64,000 nucleotides of DNA from an uncultured delta proteobacterium. Lineage in GTDB: Bacteria; Desulfobacterota; Binatia; UBA9968. The notes under the pieces were generated by a model that was given only the letters and a program-made list of their open reading frames with translations, made no database searches and was not told the origin of the DNA. A program made the translations under genes and the position numbers. Of this stretch, positions 10,253 through 20,422 are shown one piece after another. Where the stretch lies: assembly GCA_963727625.1 (NCBI GenBank), contig CAVSHR010000008.1, positions 256,001 through 320,000 on the forward strand. Reading direction: 5' to 3'. Every line of letters starts with the position of its first letter. Within the stretch, counting starts at the first letter, position 1.

Positions 10253-12214
10253 ATGAAAGTGTTGCACATCGCAATTACGCCACTTGCAGGGGCGCCTATC
10301 AGGATTGTAAACGCGCTAAACCGCCATACGAGCGTGTGCGCGCGCTTGGTTCTTCTAAACCCGGACGCGTATGGCCGGCGTACATTCGACAGCGATCTCG
10401 TTTGGGAGGCAGATAAGGGCCAAATTCTCGATCTACTCCGTGAATCTGACTTAGTTCATTTTCATCACTTTTTTGATTTGAAGAACAATCCGTTCGGGAT
10501 CGATTTCGCGGAGACATGTCCTCGCGCAAAATTCGCGCGGCAATTTCATACTCATCCGCTGACGGTCGCTTTAGGTGACAGAGCCAGGGCGCGGCAAATG
10601 GTCGACTCAGTCATTCCACAGCTCGTTGTCGGACAATACCAGGAGAGGTTTTATCCACGGGCACGTGTCGTTCCCAATATCGTCCCCCTTGCCGATGAAC
10701 TTTATCGGCCCGTGCGACGGGGTGAGGCTGATCCAGTCGTGTTCTTCGCCCCGACAGTTGACCATCCCGCGGCGAGTATGACTCAGAGCACTACGCGATG
10801 GGAAACAAAGGGAGCAAGCGAAACTGAAGTACTACTACATCACGTCGTCAAAGCATGCGGTAAGGGGCGTGTCCATGTGCGAAGAAATCTCCCGCACAAC
10901 GAATGTCTCCGTGAAAAGCAGCTGAGTGATATCGCGATCGACGAGATGGTCACGGGCAGCTTTCATCTCACCAGCCTAGAGGCGCTTGCGCAAGGACTGC
11001 CTACGTTTGCCTATCTCGATAGTCGTTCATTGGAAACTCTCGCAGAACTGACTGGTGCCTACACGCACCCGTGGCTCAACTTCCGACTCGAAGAAGCGGA
11101 AAAACCCTTGGTCGAATTGATACAAGACGGCGAATTGCGTAGAGAGATGGGCGCCTTCGCTCGCGACTGGATGGAGAAATATTACAACGATCGAGAAATG
11201 GTAAGCCACTATGTACGTGCTTATGAGGATCTGCTCGGGCGCCCCGAAGCCTTTAATAAGCCGAGGTTTGATACTGGTAATCGTCGTCAACTTTTCCAGG
11301 CGCAACGGCGTGACGATCTGATTTGGGAAAGAAGAAACACAAGAATCGCCGCTGACAATGCCATTTTGGAAATAAGACCGAACAACTCGCACACCGTAAT
11401 ACACAATAAAACAGGGCGCATGCCTGACTGGATCAAAGCGCCTATTCACGAGCTTCTGAAAGAATATACTTCAGTCCGTGTCGATGAAATTCAATTTTTA
11501 GAAACACGGCTTGCCGCCGCGGAAAAACTTTTGGAGTTTGCGACTGCAAATGAGGCCAATCGTTGGCTCTACCAGAATAGGCTTGAACGCATGGACGCGA
11601 CTCTCGATATCTTCGACGCGAAACGTCGGGAGTTTCATCTCGATCGGTACCGGTTTGCCGCTGGAAGAGTCAGGGGAAAACAAGTGCTCGACTGTGCTTG
11701 CGGTACGGGCTATGGCGTTCGCCTGCTGCGAGAAATTGGGGGAGCGGCAATCGTTGTTGGCGTCGACATCGGGAAAAAGGCCATCGAGTACGCGTGCCAG
11801 AAACATCGAATTGATTCGACCAGTTTCATTTGCTCCTCAGGAGCCTGTTTGCCGCTAGCCGACAACTCTAGCGATATCGTTACGTCGTTCGAGACCATCG
11901 AGCACGTGTCGGACGACGTCGCCCTAGTTGAAGAGTTTTATCGCGTTCTGAGACCCGATGGAATTCTGATCATATCGACGCCCAATCAGTGGCCGTTGGC
12001 TACTGCACCTAACCATGTCAGAGAATATGATAGGGCTTCGTTCTTAAAAGTGCTTGAGCCTGGATTCCACTGCATAGAACTCTATAATCAAAATTCGGGC
12101 TCTGATACACCATTGAATCATGCTCAAACCCGGGGCATTGTCGCAACAACGGCCGAGAATGACCAGATTGCCGAATGCTATATTGCCGTCTGCCGGCGCA
12201 AAGCGCTTAAATAG
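10253..12214 (+). CDS. Fusion of a GT-B glycosyltransferase-like domain and a class I SAM-dependent methyltransferase
   Basis: The N-part has SDIAIDEM...SLEALAQGLP. The C-part has HLDRYRFA, VLDCACGTGYG, SFETIEHV and RVLRPDG. Confidence 0.7.
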   Translation: MKVLHIAITPLAGAPIRIVNALNRHTSVCARLVLLNPDAYGRRTFDSDLVWEADKGQILDLLRESDLVHFHHFFDLKNNPFGIDFAETCPRAKFARQFHTHPLTVALGDRARARQMVDSVIPQLVVGQYQERFYPRARVVPNIVPLADELYRPVRRGEADPVVFFAPTVDHPAASMTQSTTRWETKGASETEVLLHHVVKACGKGRVHVRRNLPHNECLREKQLSDIAIDEMVTGSFHLTSLEALAQGLPTFAYLDSRSLETLAELTGAYTHPWLNFRLEEAEKPLVELIQDGELRREMGAFARDWMEKYYNDREMVSHYVRAYEDLLGRPEAFNKPRFDTGNRRQLFQAQRRDDLIWERRNTRIAADNAILEIRPNNSHTVIHNKTGRMPDWIKAPIHELLKEYTSVRVDEIQFLETRLAAAEKLLEFATANEANRWLYQNRLERMDATLDIFDAKRREFHLDRYRFAAGRVRGKQVLDCACGTGYGVRLLREIGGAAIVVGVDIGKKAIEYACQKHRIDSTSFICSSGACLPLADNSSDIVTSFETIEHVSDDVALVEEFYRVLRPDGILIISTPNQWPLATAPNHVREYDRASFLKVLEPGFHCIELYNQNSGSDTPLNHAQTRGIVATTAENDQIAECYIAVCRRKALK

Positions 12215-12291
12215 GCCCGCTCCTAAGTGGGAACATGCCTAACCGCTAATAACTTTAGTGTTCTGTAGCGTTAATTTCAATTTCTTCGAAA

Positions 12292-15200
12292 CTATCTGCT
12301 CTTGAGACCTTGCCCTACGCCGTAAATCGACCCGATCCTTAACCCCGCACTGTTTCTGTATGAATTGTTCAATACCTCAGTCGTAACAAAGAATTTGTTT
12401 AAAAGCGTGCGCAAAGAAGTCTCGCTGAAGAAATGCAGATGATCCGTGTTCTCGTATTCTTCTTCGCCGCAAGGGACCTCCAGCAAGAGTGCGCCGTCTG
12501 GACGGAGAATACTCGCAACTTTGGCGAGCACGGCCGCAGGATCTCTTAGGTGCTCCAGCGTGTGGAATGACATGACGAGGTCAAAGTTCTTTGCCGGCAA
12601 TTCGATTTTCTCGAATGGAGAGGTGAGGATATCGACCCCTAATGCTTTCACACCTTCGGCGGCGACCGCCCGGTTCATTTCGCATCCCATGACCTCCATG
12701 CCTCTTTTGCGAAGCTCATGCAGCAGCATCCCTTCGGCGCATCCGATCTCAAAAATTTGTCTCGTTAGACGGGCCGGGTTATCCAGCAGTTTCAGTTTCT
12801 GCAAAATGCCGATTCTTGAATCCAGATAGACTCGCCATTGTTCACTGTCTTGAACGGCGGTGATGCCCTGATGATGGCGGTCTCTTTCCCAGTAACCAAA
12901 ATCGCCGTAAAGCGCATTCAACGTCTGGTCATCGGGCAAATTACGGGCCCAGACATGGCCGCAGTCGCGACACCGGAAAAGAGGCGTCAGCTTGTTCTGA
13001 TATTCAAACTTCCCCCGTGCGCTACAAATCGGACAATAGATAACGCGATCGCCGCCCGAGGGAAACGGGGATGGCAGAAAAGATCGTATTCTATAAAACA
13101 GTTGACGGACCTTTGACGACTCGAAGCGCAGCCTGCGGACAAAATGGCTCGCGACAAAGAACCAAACAAGAATAACCGCGGTTATTGAAGTATGGAGATC
13201 ACGAAGTCCCGATTTCACCAGTCTGCCGAAGAACCAGCCAGACATACACAGCAACAGCGTAAGCGGTTTTACTATACTTTTTGGCGATGCCGGCCAATAG
13301 GGCGCCAGCCTGGCGGTACCGGCGGGGGAGAATATCTTTTCGATGATTGCGCGGGGCGCGTTCGGTATTCCAGCGATGGTAAAAAGACATCGGAAGGCTT
13401 GGCGAAGATGTTTCTGCTTCAAGGCCAACAGGCTTATTCGGTAGTGAAACCAATGAGCCGTGGAATCCACTTCTAGGGCCGACGAGTAGCATGTCTCTGC
13501 TAGGAGATAGTCTTCGATCATCTCCCGCTTCTCGCCGAGTTCGCCCAACTGCTGGCAAATAGGATGCTGCGCCGGTGCATGCGAACGGGCTAGCTCCACT
13601 AACCGAGCCAGACATCCCAATAAGCCCGCAGAATCGTTCGCTTCTGCGTGTCTTCCCGCGAGAACGAGGTATTGTCTTACGGCCCGTTCTGTAATTTGGT
13701 TGTCTACCGCCGGGTCGACCGGATAGAGTTTTAGTTGGTCGAAGGCTTTCTCCAGGCATCGTTTTGCTACGTCAAACTGACTATCGAAGGAACAATGCTG
13801 TGCGGCTGCCTCGATGAGCAGCTCCGGCACAACTTCGATCAAACCTCGCTCTTCGAGAGCTTTAAGTTCCGTGCTCGCCGCCGTTAGATCTCCCTTGCCT
13901 CGCAATGACGCCATCATTACCACGCGCATGGGTATCTCGTGCCAAAGGGAGTGGAAAGGTGGATGCAATTCAATAGCATTTCGCGCATGCGCGATCGCCT
14001 GGTCGAACTGTCCGGTCGCTTGATAAGCGTGCGCTAGTTCGTAGTGGGGAAAGTACCATTTGGGATCGAGCGCGGTGCATTGGAGCCAACAGGAAATAGT
14101 TTCCGATATGCGCTGCTCGAAGTGCGTCTGTAAAGCGAGGCGCACAAGCTCCTGCCACCGTGATCGGGATGGTTGCATTTCACACAACGCCAAGGCGCGA
14201 TCATGGCGCCCCACGAACAAAAAGCTTTTTATAAGCCAATTCCAAGAGCATTCGTCTGCGGCCCTGGGGCTCTGGGAAAGTTTGGCTATTTCGCCGGCGA
14301 TGTAATTCGCCACGCCATTTGGGGGAAGATGAAAGTGTTTTGATTTCACTCTTGCGACATCTGGAGTACCGCGATTCAGGGCGGTTTCAATGGTACTAGA
14401 CAAGGCGCTGATGGCTTCGACAACGTAGGCACCACCGTCGTCGTGGAATAGAGTTTTCAGGCCACAGGCGGTGACGACGGTTGGAATGCCGCGTAGAACC
14501 GCTTCGAGGCAAGTTTGCGAGTTGCCGCGGTTGACCAAGACGCCGGTAATGGGAAAAAGGTCGTCCATGCTGATCTCGCGTCCAACCACTATGGCGTCGG
14601 GGATAATGTTTTGAATGACATGCCGGTTGGTCTCGGTATTCTCGTTGGGATGGAGTTTTACGACGATTCTACACTCGATCCTTCGGCTGGCGTCGGCTAA
14701 TTGAGCTAGGACTTTTTCGCGAAATCCTTGATCGTCTTTGTTATGTAGTGAAAGCCGAGTTCGAAGTGGAGACGTCGTGTATACGATGGGCTTCTTGCCG
14801 TCGGCGATGCCAAGGATATCGAAGGCCGATTTATTCCGGCCCAAATCGATATCGTTGACACGGTCGTTCGCAAGCAAACCGCCAACGCAGAGCATTTCTG
14901 CCGGATAGCCCAGAGTTAAAAATTGCCGTTGCTCTTCCTGCGAAGCGACAAAGAGGCGGTCAAACGGGGCGTCATAGTTATTAATGTCGAATTGATTCAA
15001 TGCGAGCTGCGCGACTTCCTGGATTGCGATCACAGGGATTTGCCGGAGCTTGGCCCAGGCGAGCAATTCTAGAGCAAACGGTTCAAAGACTGCGCCAAGC
15101 GCCAATACGGTAGTATCCGCGGCTAACTTGGTTTCCAACGCGCTATTCCGTTCGAGTTCGACGCCGCTCATCTTCTGACAATGCTGGATCGAAATATCGA

Positions 15201-15348
15201 TGCCGGGAGCGACCTTTTCTAAAGGTCGGTAGTCGATTGCGGTACAACGCCAGCCGGGCAACTGGTCCAGCACCAGTTGCATGTCCCTGATATGGACCGG
15301 GCTCGTCGGATAAAAAAGCAGAAGCGGCGAATTGTTATTGTCAGCCAT
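12292..15348 (-). CDS. Large multidomain protein: GT-B-like N-terminus, TPR repeats, Zn-ribbon plus class I methyltransferase
   Basis: VKLHPNE and SQTCLEAVLRGIP; TPR-like helices (YELAHAYQATGQFDQAIAH); CPIC..CRDC; FEIGCAEG, FHTLEHL and LRPDG. Confidence 0.65.
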   Translation of the reverse strand: MADNNNSPLLLFYPTSPVHIRDMQLVLDQLPGWRCTAIDYRPLEKVAPGIDISIQHCQKMSGVELERNSALETKLAADTTVLALGAVFEPFALELLAWAKLRQIPVIAIQEVAQLALNQFDINNYDAPFDRLFVASQEEQRQFLTLGYPAEMLCVGGLLANDRVNDIDLGRNKSAFDILGIADGKKPIVYTTSPLRTRLSLHNKDDQGFREKVLAQLADASRRIECRIVVKLHPNENTETNRHVIQNIIPDAIVVGREISMDDLFPITGVLVNRGNSQTCLEAVLRGIPTVVTACGLKTLFHDDGGAYVVEAISALSSTIETALNRGTPDVARVKSKHFHLPPNGVANYIAGEIAKLSQSPRAADECSWNWLIKSFLFVGRHDRALALCEMQPSRSRWQELVRLALQTHFEQRISETISCWLQCTALDPKWYFPHYELAHAYQATGQFDQAIAHARNAIELHPPFHSLWHEIPMRVVMMASLRGKGDLTAASTELKALEERGLIEVVPELLIEAAAQHCSFDSQFDVAKRCLEKAFDQLKLYPVDPAVDNQITERAVRQYLVLAGRHAEANDSAGLLGCLARLVELARSHAPAQHPICQQLGELGEKREMIEDYLLAETCYSSALEVDSTAHWFHYRISLLALKQKHLRQAFRCLFTIAGIPNAPRAIIEKIFSPAGTARLAPYWPASPKSIVKPLTLLLCMSGWFFGRLVKSGLRDLHTSITAVILVWFFVASHFVRRLRFESSKVRQLFYRIRSFLPSPFPSGGDRVIYCPICSARGKFEYQNKLTPLFRCRDCGHVWARNLPDDQTLNALYGDFGYWERDRHHQGITAVQDSEQWRVYLDSRIGILQKLKLLDNPARLTRQIFEIGCAEGMLLHELRKRGMEVMGCEMNRAVAAEGVKALGVDILTSPFEKIELPAKNFDLVMSFHTLEHLRDPAAVLAKVASILRPDGALLLEVPCGEEEYENTDHLHFFSETSLRTLLNKFFVTTEVLNNSYRNSAGLRIGSIYGVGQGLKSR

Positions 15349-15691
15349 CGATCGATGCAATTCCGATTTTAGTGGGGAAATCGTGACGCCGTCCTGTGGT
15401 AATTAAAAGCCGTGCGAAATCGCATTTTAAGTAGCTGTAGATAAGAGCAATCTTCGCGCCGATGGTTTCGAATGAGCCAAACATGCTGGAGCTTATCCAA
15501 TCGGAAAACACCGCCAATTCGATTTCCTTTGGTTTTTTAACCTGTCGGTTGACTATTGGCATTGCTATCTCTACGCCCAATCTGAATACCCCGTTCCAGA
15601 TGTAATGTCCATTTTTGTCCGAAGAATGCTCAAGATTGACAATCAAACGCCGTCAACTGATACTAATTACGGTTAAAAGGGCTCACTGCGA

Positions 15692-15708
15692 ATGGTATGG
15701 CTTTTGCG
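15692..15708 (+). promoter_or_regulatory. Candidate sigma54 -24/-12 promoter for the radical SAM/GT operon
   Basis: TGGTATGGCTTTTGC gives GG(15694-5)-N10-GC(15706-7) in an AT-rich intergenic region. Confidence 0.5.
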
Positions 15709-15882
15709 GAATATTCGTCCCAACGGCTGAAATCTGTTGCGAGATGTCATTTCGCACACTAAACGTTGGTGCCTTGTCAAAACACGGCAACATTATTGAA
15801 GTTTCAGAGTTGAGCGGGCCGTTAGTTTTAAATACCGCGGCGGCATAGCGGACTGCGAACGTTATTTAGATGGGGAGAACTT

Positions 15883-17229
15883 ATGTGGGCTACTGAGTCC
15901 GTGAATAACGAACCATTAGGATCAGAGCAGACTCCGGACTTCGTGAAGTCCAATAACCGCGTAATCACTCGCCGCGGCGTCATGTGGCTTGGGCAGACTT
16001 GTAACATCCGATGCCACTTTTGCTATTTTCTCGATCGTATCAACTCCACCGATCATCCCGAGCACCCGTTCATGAGCTTGGAAAAAGCCAAACACATCTG
16101 TTCGACGTTGGTGGATTTTTACGGTAACAACGCCATTGATATTCAGGGCGGCGAGCCGACCCTGTTTCGCCACATCAACGAATTAGTTCACCATTGCCGG
16201 ACGATCGGCCTGATGCCGACATTGATAACCAACGCAATCTCGCTTCAGAGCGCGCGCCGCTGCATGGAACTGAAAGATGCCGGCATTCGCGATTTGCTGG
16301 TTAGCGTGCAGGGGCTCGATGACACGTATGACGCGATCGTCGGTGTCAAGGGTGCGGCGGTTAAGCAGCGCGAAGCTCTCGATAACATCATGGACGCCGG
16401 TATTCCGATTCGCTTCAACAGCGTATTATCCAAACCGGTGTTGCCTCAGTTGGAACGGATCGCCAAACTCGCCGTCGACGTCAATGCCCGTGCCGTAAAC
16501 TTTCTCGCTTTCAATCCGTTTGAAGATCAGCAAATCGCCGGGAAACGCAACGCCACCAACGTGCCGCAATATGGCGAGGTCTCGCCATTTTTGAATGCCG
16601 CGATGGATATTTTGGCGGAGGGCGGAGTCGAGTGTAACGTGCGCTACTTTCCGATCTGTATGGTCGAGCCGCGGCATCGCAAGTCTATGTATAATTTCCA
16701 GCAGCTCCCCTACGATACCCACGAATGGGACTACGCGTCGTGGTCATGGACCGGTCAACAGCCGCAGCGCATGAAGTGGGGAGACTGTTCGCCGGTCACC
16801 GATCTGGCCAAGGAAACCTATACGCCTGTGCAATATACGGGAGCGGCGAAGCCCATCGCCGACGCCGGGCGCTGGCTCGTGACCAAGTATCCCCGTTTGC
16901 GCGCCCCGGCTCGGGCAGTGCATCGATCAGTCAGCAAGGTTCTGCAGAGCAAACCTGCTCCTTCCGCCGAGCTTTCGCCAAGGGAAAATTTGTACCGGGA
17001 CAACGCCCGACTGAGGAGCGCGCAACACTGCCGTTATGAATATGGCCAGGCGTGCAACACCTGCGACGTCAGAAACATTTGCGACGGTTTCCACGGCGAT
17101 TACGCCTCGCTCTTCGGCACTGACGAGGCCAAGGGCGTGCAGCTCGGCAAACAAATAGACAACCCGAAATATTTCATCGGCGAACAGGAAAAAGTTGTCG
17201 AAAATGAGGATTTCGGGTGGGCTCTGTAA
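15883..17229 (+). CDS. Radical SAM protein with C-terminal auxiliary Cys cluster
   Basis: CNIRCHFC (CxxxCxxC), GGEPT and ITNA motifs, plus C-terminal C-x7-CNTC-x5-CDG. Confidence 0.85.
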   Translation: MWATESVNNEPLGSEQTPDFVKSNNRVITRRGVMWLGQTCNIRCHFCYFLDRINSTDHPEHPFMSLEKAKHICSTLVDFYGNNAIDIQGGEPTLFRHINELVHHCRTIGLMPTLITNAISLQSARRCMELKDAGIRDLLVSVQGLDDTYDAIVGVKGAAVKQREALDNIMDAGIPIRFNSVLSKPVLPQLERIAKLAVDVNARAVNFLAFNPFEDQQIAGKRNATNVPQYGEVSPFLNAAMDILAEGGVECNVRYFPICMVEPRHRKSMYNFQQLPYDTHEWDYASWSWTGQQPQRMKWGDCSPVTDLAKETYTPVQYTGAAKPIADAGRWLVTKYPRLRAPARAVHRSVSKVLQSKPAPSAELSPRENLYRDNARLRSAQHCRYEYGQACNTCDVRNICDGFHGDYASLFGTDEAKGVQLGKQIDNPKYFIGEQEKVVENEDFGWAL

Positions 17230-18344
17230 AGAGCTACGTTGAAACCTTGGACTCGCGGTTAAGCCAGATCAACACGGTTTCACCGAAAGTATCCATCGTT
17301 GTCACCAATTACAATTATTCAGAATACATCCAAGATTGTCTCCAGTCGGTGAGCTGTCAGACCTACCCGGAGCTTGAATGTATCATCGTGGACGACCACT
17401 CCTCCGACGATTCCGTGGAAAAGATCCGGCAGTTCATCAACGGCGACCAATCCCATATCGACTTCAAACTGATTCGGCACGAATTAACGCGCGGCCAATA
17501 TGCGGCGTTTCGAACCGGTATTGAGCACGCCACCGGCCCTTTCGTATCTTTCTTAGACGCCGACGACTTGCTGTTGCCTGACTTTGTTAGTGAGCATGTG
17601 CGCGTGCATGTGAATGGACCCCCGGTCGCGTTTACCAGCTCCAATCAATACCAGATCGATTCAAAGGGACAGCTTGTCGGGGGCAGTCATCCCGACCTGC
17701 ACACACAAGGTACCTACAGAAGTGTGGGCACAGTTTCCTTGCGGCGTTCCTTTTGGGTTTGGGCGACCACCAGCTCGATGATGTTTCGGCGCACGGTGCT
17801 CGACTATATCTTATCCAATACCGACGATGCCTTTAAAAAGTGCGCCGATAACTACGTCTGTCATTTTGCCGACCTTCTCGGTGGTTCCATTTTGATTCCC
17901 ACCGTGTTGGGTTGTTACCGGCGCCATCAACGCAATACCTTCAGCACCAACCCCTTGATCGGGGGTCGACTGCCCACCGGGGATATGCGTCATCATCCGG
18001 CCCACGATTCGGTGTTGCACTCCATCCGTTCTTGCTTGTTCGAGCGCAACCAGCAATTCATTGCGCTTTTGGGCCTGGATGGATTTTTTCATGTTTTGGC
18101 GAAAGTGACGCCGCTCGCGCAGCTGTGGCGGACTGGACGCTCGATTCGTCGGATTGCCGGCGTTGGTTTTAGAGATTCGATCCAGTTCTGTGTGATATTC
18201 GGCTGGCTTAACCTCAGGACTTTTGCGAGAGCACTCAGGGGAGGTCGCTCAAGCTACACCATGCACGATCTCGAGGGAATAAAACGTGTCGCAAACATTG
18301 CCAGCTACACCGATTATCAGCGTCATCGTCGCGACGCGAAATAG
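17217..18344 (+). CDS. GT2 family glycosyltransferase
   Basis: VSIVVTNYNY, IVDDHSSD, FLDADD and YRRH motifs. Confidence 0.85.
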   Translation: MGSVKSYVETLDSRLSQINTVSPKVSIVVTNYNYSEYIQDCLQSVSCQTYPELECIIVDDHSSDDSVEKIRQFINGDQSHIDFKLIRHELTRGQYAAFRTGIEHATGPFVSFLDADDLLLPDFVSEHVRVHVNGPPVAFTSSNQYQIDSKGQLVGGSHPDLHTQGTYRSVGTVSLRRSFWVWATTSSMMFRRTVLDYILSNTDDAFKKCADNYVCHFADLLGGSILIPTVLGCYRRHQRNTFSTNPLIGGRLPTGDMRHHPAHDSVLHSIRSCLFERNQQFIALLGLDGFFHVLAKVTPLAQLWRTGRSIRRIAGVGFRDSIQFCVIFGWLNLRTFARALRGGRSSYTMHDLEGIKRVANIASYTDYQRHRRDAK

Positions 18345-19209
18345 ACGGGAATCGCTCCGGCAGTTCATCGGTGGGCTACGTGTACTGCCCGATCAGCCGG
18401 CGTGGGAGCTGATTGTCGTCGACAACGGCAGCTCGGACGGCACGGACAAATTGCTCTCGGCGATCACGGCGGATTTGCCGGTGATTGTCGTCAACGAAAA
18501 ACAGCCGGGCAAAAGCAGAGCGCTCAATAAGGCACTGAAGCACGCGCGCGGCGACATGCTACTTTTCACCGATGACGATGTCGTTCCCGATCCGGACTGG
18601 TTGGCGGCCTTGCACAAGGCGTCGTCGGAATATCCAAACGCCAACGTCTTTGGTGGCCGTGTTCTCGTTAATCACGAGCGTATTCCAACTTGGATTATGA
18701 AATCGACCAACCTAAAAACAATTTTGGTGTCTGAACAGGACTTCGGCGATGAAATTTGTTGGTTTGCCAGGGATCACTATCCTATAGGGCCGAACTTGGC
18801 GGTGCGCCGGCAATTGCTCGACCAGAGCTCATTCGGTTGGCCGGTTAATCTCGGACCCGGGACTAAGATTCCGCTCGGCGACGAGCGTGCATTTCTCATG
18901 CGATTAAGCCCTTCTGACTCACGCGATAGACTTTACGTTCCGGGCAGCGTCGTGCGTCACAATATCCGCGGCCGGCAGCTGAGTGTCGGCAAAGCTCTCG
19001 CGCGTTGCTACCTTGGCGGTTATGCTGCCGGCCTTATGGGCCGGATGCGCAACCATTCAAGCGTAAACACGGACGAGAACGCATTGCGCGTTGTGCGGCA
19101 GCGGTTGTGTGGTTTATCTAGCGGCCGAGAATTTATTTGCATTCTGGCCCGGGCGCTCGGTGTTATCGCGGGATCTGCTAGCCCCTTTGCCCGTGTTCTT
19201 TACGGCTAG
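18286..19209 (+). CDS. GT2 family glycosyltransferase
   Basis: ISVIVATRNR, VVDNGSSD and FTDDD motifs. Confidence 0.85.
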   Translation: MSQTLPATPIISVIVATRNRRESLRQFIGGLRVLPDQPAWELIVVDNGSSDGTDKLLSAITADLPVIVVNEKQPGKSRALNKALKHARGDMLLFTDDDVVPDPDWLAALHKASSEYPNANVFGGRVLVNHERIPTWIMKSTNLKTILVSEQDFGDEICWFARDHYPIGPNLAVRRQLLDQSSFGWPVNLGPGTKIPLGDERAFLMRLSPSDSRDRLYVPGSVVRHNIRGRQLSVGKALARCYLGGYAAGLMGRMRNHSSVNTDENALRVVRQRLCGLSSGREFICILARALGVIAGSASPFARVLYG

Positions 19210-19212
19210 AAC

Positions 19213-20382
19213 ATGCGGATTCTATTCCTCACTAAGCAACAGTACATGGGCAAGGATCTTTTGTGTGACCGATTCGGCCGTTTCTATGAGTTGCCTAAAA
19301 CGCTTGCTGGTCATGGCAATCACGTTTGCGGCGTTTGCATAAGCTACTGGAAGCAAGCAGATCGCTCGCCAACAGTCCGACAGTGCGTCGATGGCGTGGA
19401 GTGGCGCTCTTTCCAGCTCGGATGGAATTGGCCGGTGGCATTTCTCCGTCATTTTCGGCGGCTGAAAGCAATCGCTCAGGAGTTCAAGCCTGACATCGTC
19501 GTCGGAGCTTCCGATGCCGCGCACGTTATGATGGCAGATTATTTGGCGGCGAAACTTGGAGTCCCTCTGGCAGTGGATTTGTATGACGACTTTGAAAGTT
19601 ATCGAGCGACGCAGTTGCCGGGTATGAAAAAGGGACTCAAGCGGGGAATTTTGAATGCAGCCGCAATTTCGACTGTATCTGATAACCTCTCTACAAAAGT
19701 CAAAACAGAATACCGCGCACTCGGGCTCGTCCGCACGATCACCAACGCCGTTTGCCCGGAAAGTTTTCATGCTGGCGACAAGATCTCAGCAAGACGTAAA
19801 TTGGGCTTGCCGGAATCGGGATTGCTCGTTGGCACTGCCGGTGCTTTGAGCTCCGACCGCGGGACCAACATTTTAATTGACGCCTTCGATAAGTTGTCGC
19901 GCGGCAAGTGTCACTTGTCTTTGGTATTGGCTGGTCCAGTAGATCGCAGCTTGCATATTCCGAAAAACGATCGGATTCGCTATTTCGGAGAACTGCCGCA
20001 TGTCGACGTAGGCTATTTGTTTAACGCGCTCGATGTGGGAGTCGTCTGCAATCGACTCAATCAGTTTGCCGAGTACTGTTTTCCGCAAAAATTCTACGAG
20101 ATGGTCGCATGCCGTTTGCCCGTCGTGGCGGCCGATGTCGGAGTCATGCGCACACTTCTCGCGGGCTATGAAGATTGTCTCTATGAGCCCGAGCAGGCTG
20201 AGTCTTTGACCCAAGCGATAGAAAAACAGCTGAATGCGCCGCGCGTTGCCGAGCTTGTGGCACCGTCATGGAAAGATCGAGGCGGAGATTTCGACGAATT
20301 GTTGAAGCAAGCCCTAACCGGGGCGCGCATGGCTCAAGATGGAGCTCCCGGCGATCGCCTCTTTCATCAAAGCCTCTTGTAA
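19213..20382 (+). CDS. GT4 family glycosyltransferase
   Basis: GT-B fold features, with FPQKFYEMVACRLPVVAADVG. Confidence 0.8.
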   Translation: MRILFLTKQQYMGKDLLCDRFGRFYELPKTLAGHGNHVCGVCISYWKQADRSPTVRQCVDGVEWRSFQLGWNWPVAFLRHFRRLKAIAQEFKPDIVVGASDAAHVMMADYLAAKLGVPLAVDLYDDFESYRATQLPGMKKGLKRGILNAAAISTVSDNLSTKVKTEYRALGLVRTITNAVCPESFHAGDKISARRKLGLPESGLLVGTAGALSSDRGTNILIDAFDKLSRGKCHLSLVLAGPVDRSLHIPKNDRIRYFGELPHVDVGYLFNALDVGVVCNRLNQFAEYCFPQKFYEMVACRLPVVAADVGVMRTLLAGYEDCLYEPEQAESLTQAIEKQLNAPRVAELVAPSWKDRGGDFDELLKQALTGARMAQDGAPGDRLFHQSLL

Positions 20383-20422
20383 CGATGAATCGACATCAAG
20401 GATCGATTTAGAAGGTTCTGGA

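Noticed and set aside
15883-17229. Radical SAM as a RiPP (His-Xaa-Ser-like) maturase
   Set aside because: The C-terminal Cys pattern is reminiscent of these enzymes, but no precursor peptide or partner maturase is nearby and the context is glycan biosynthesis.
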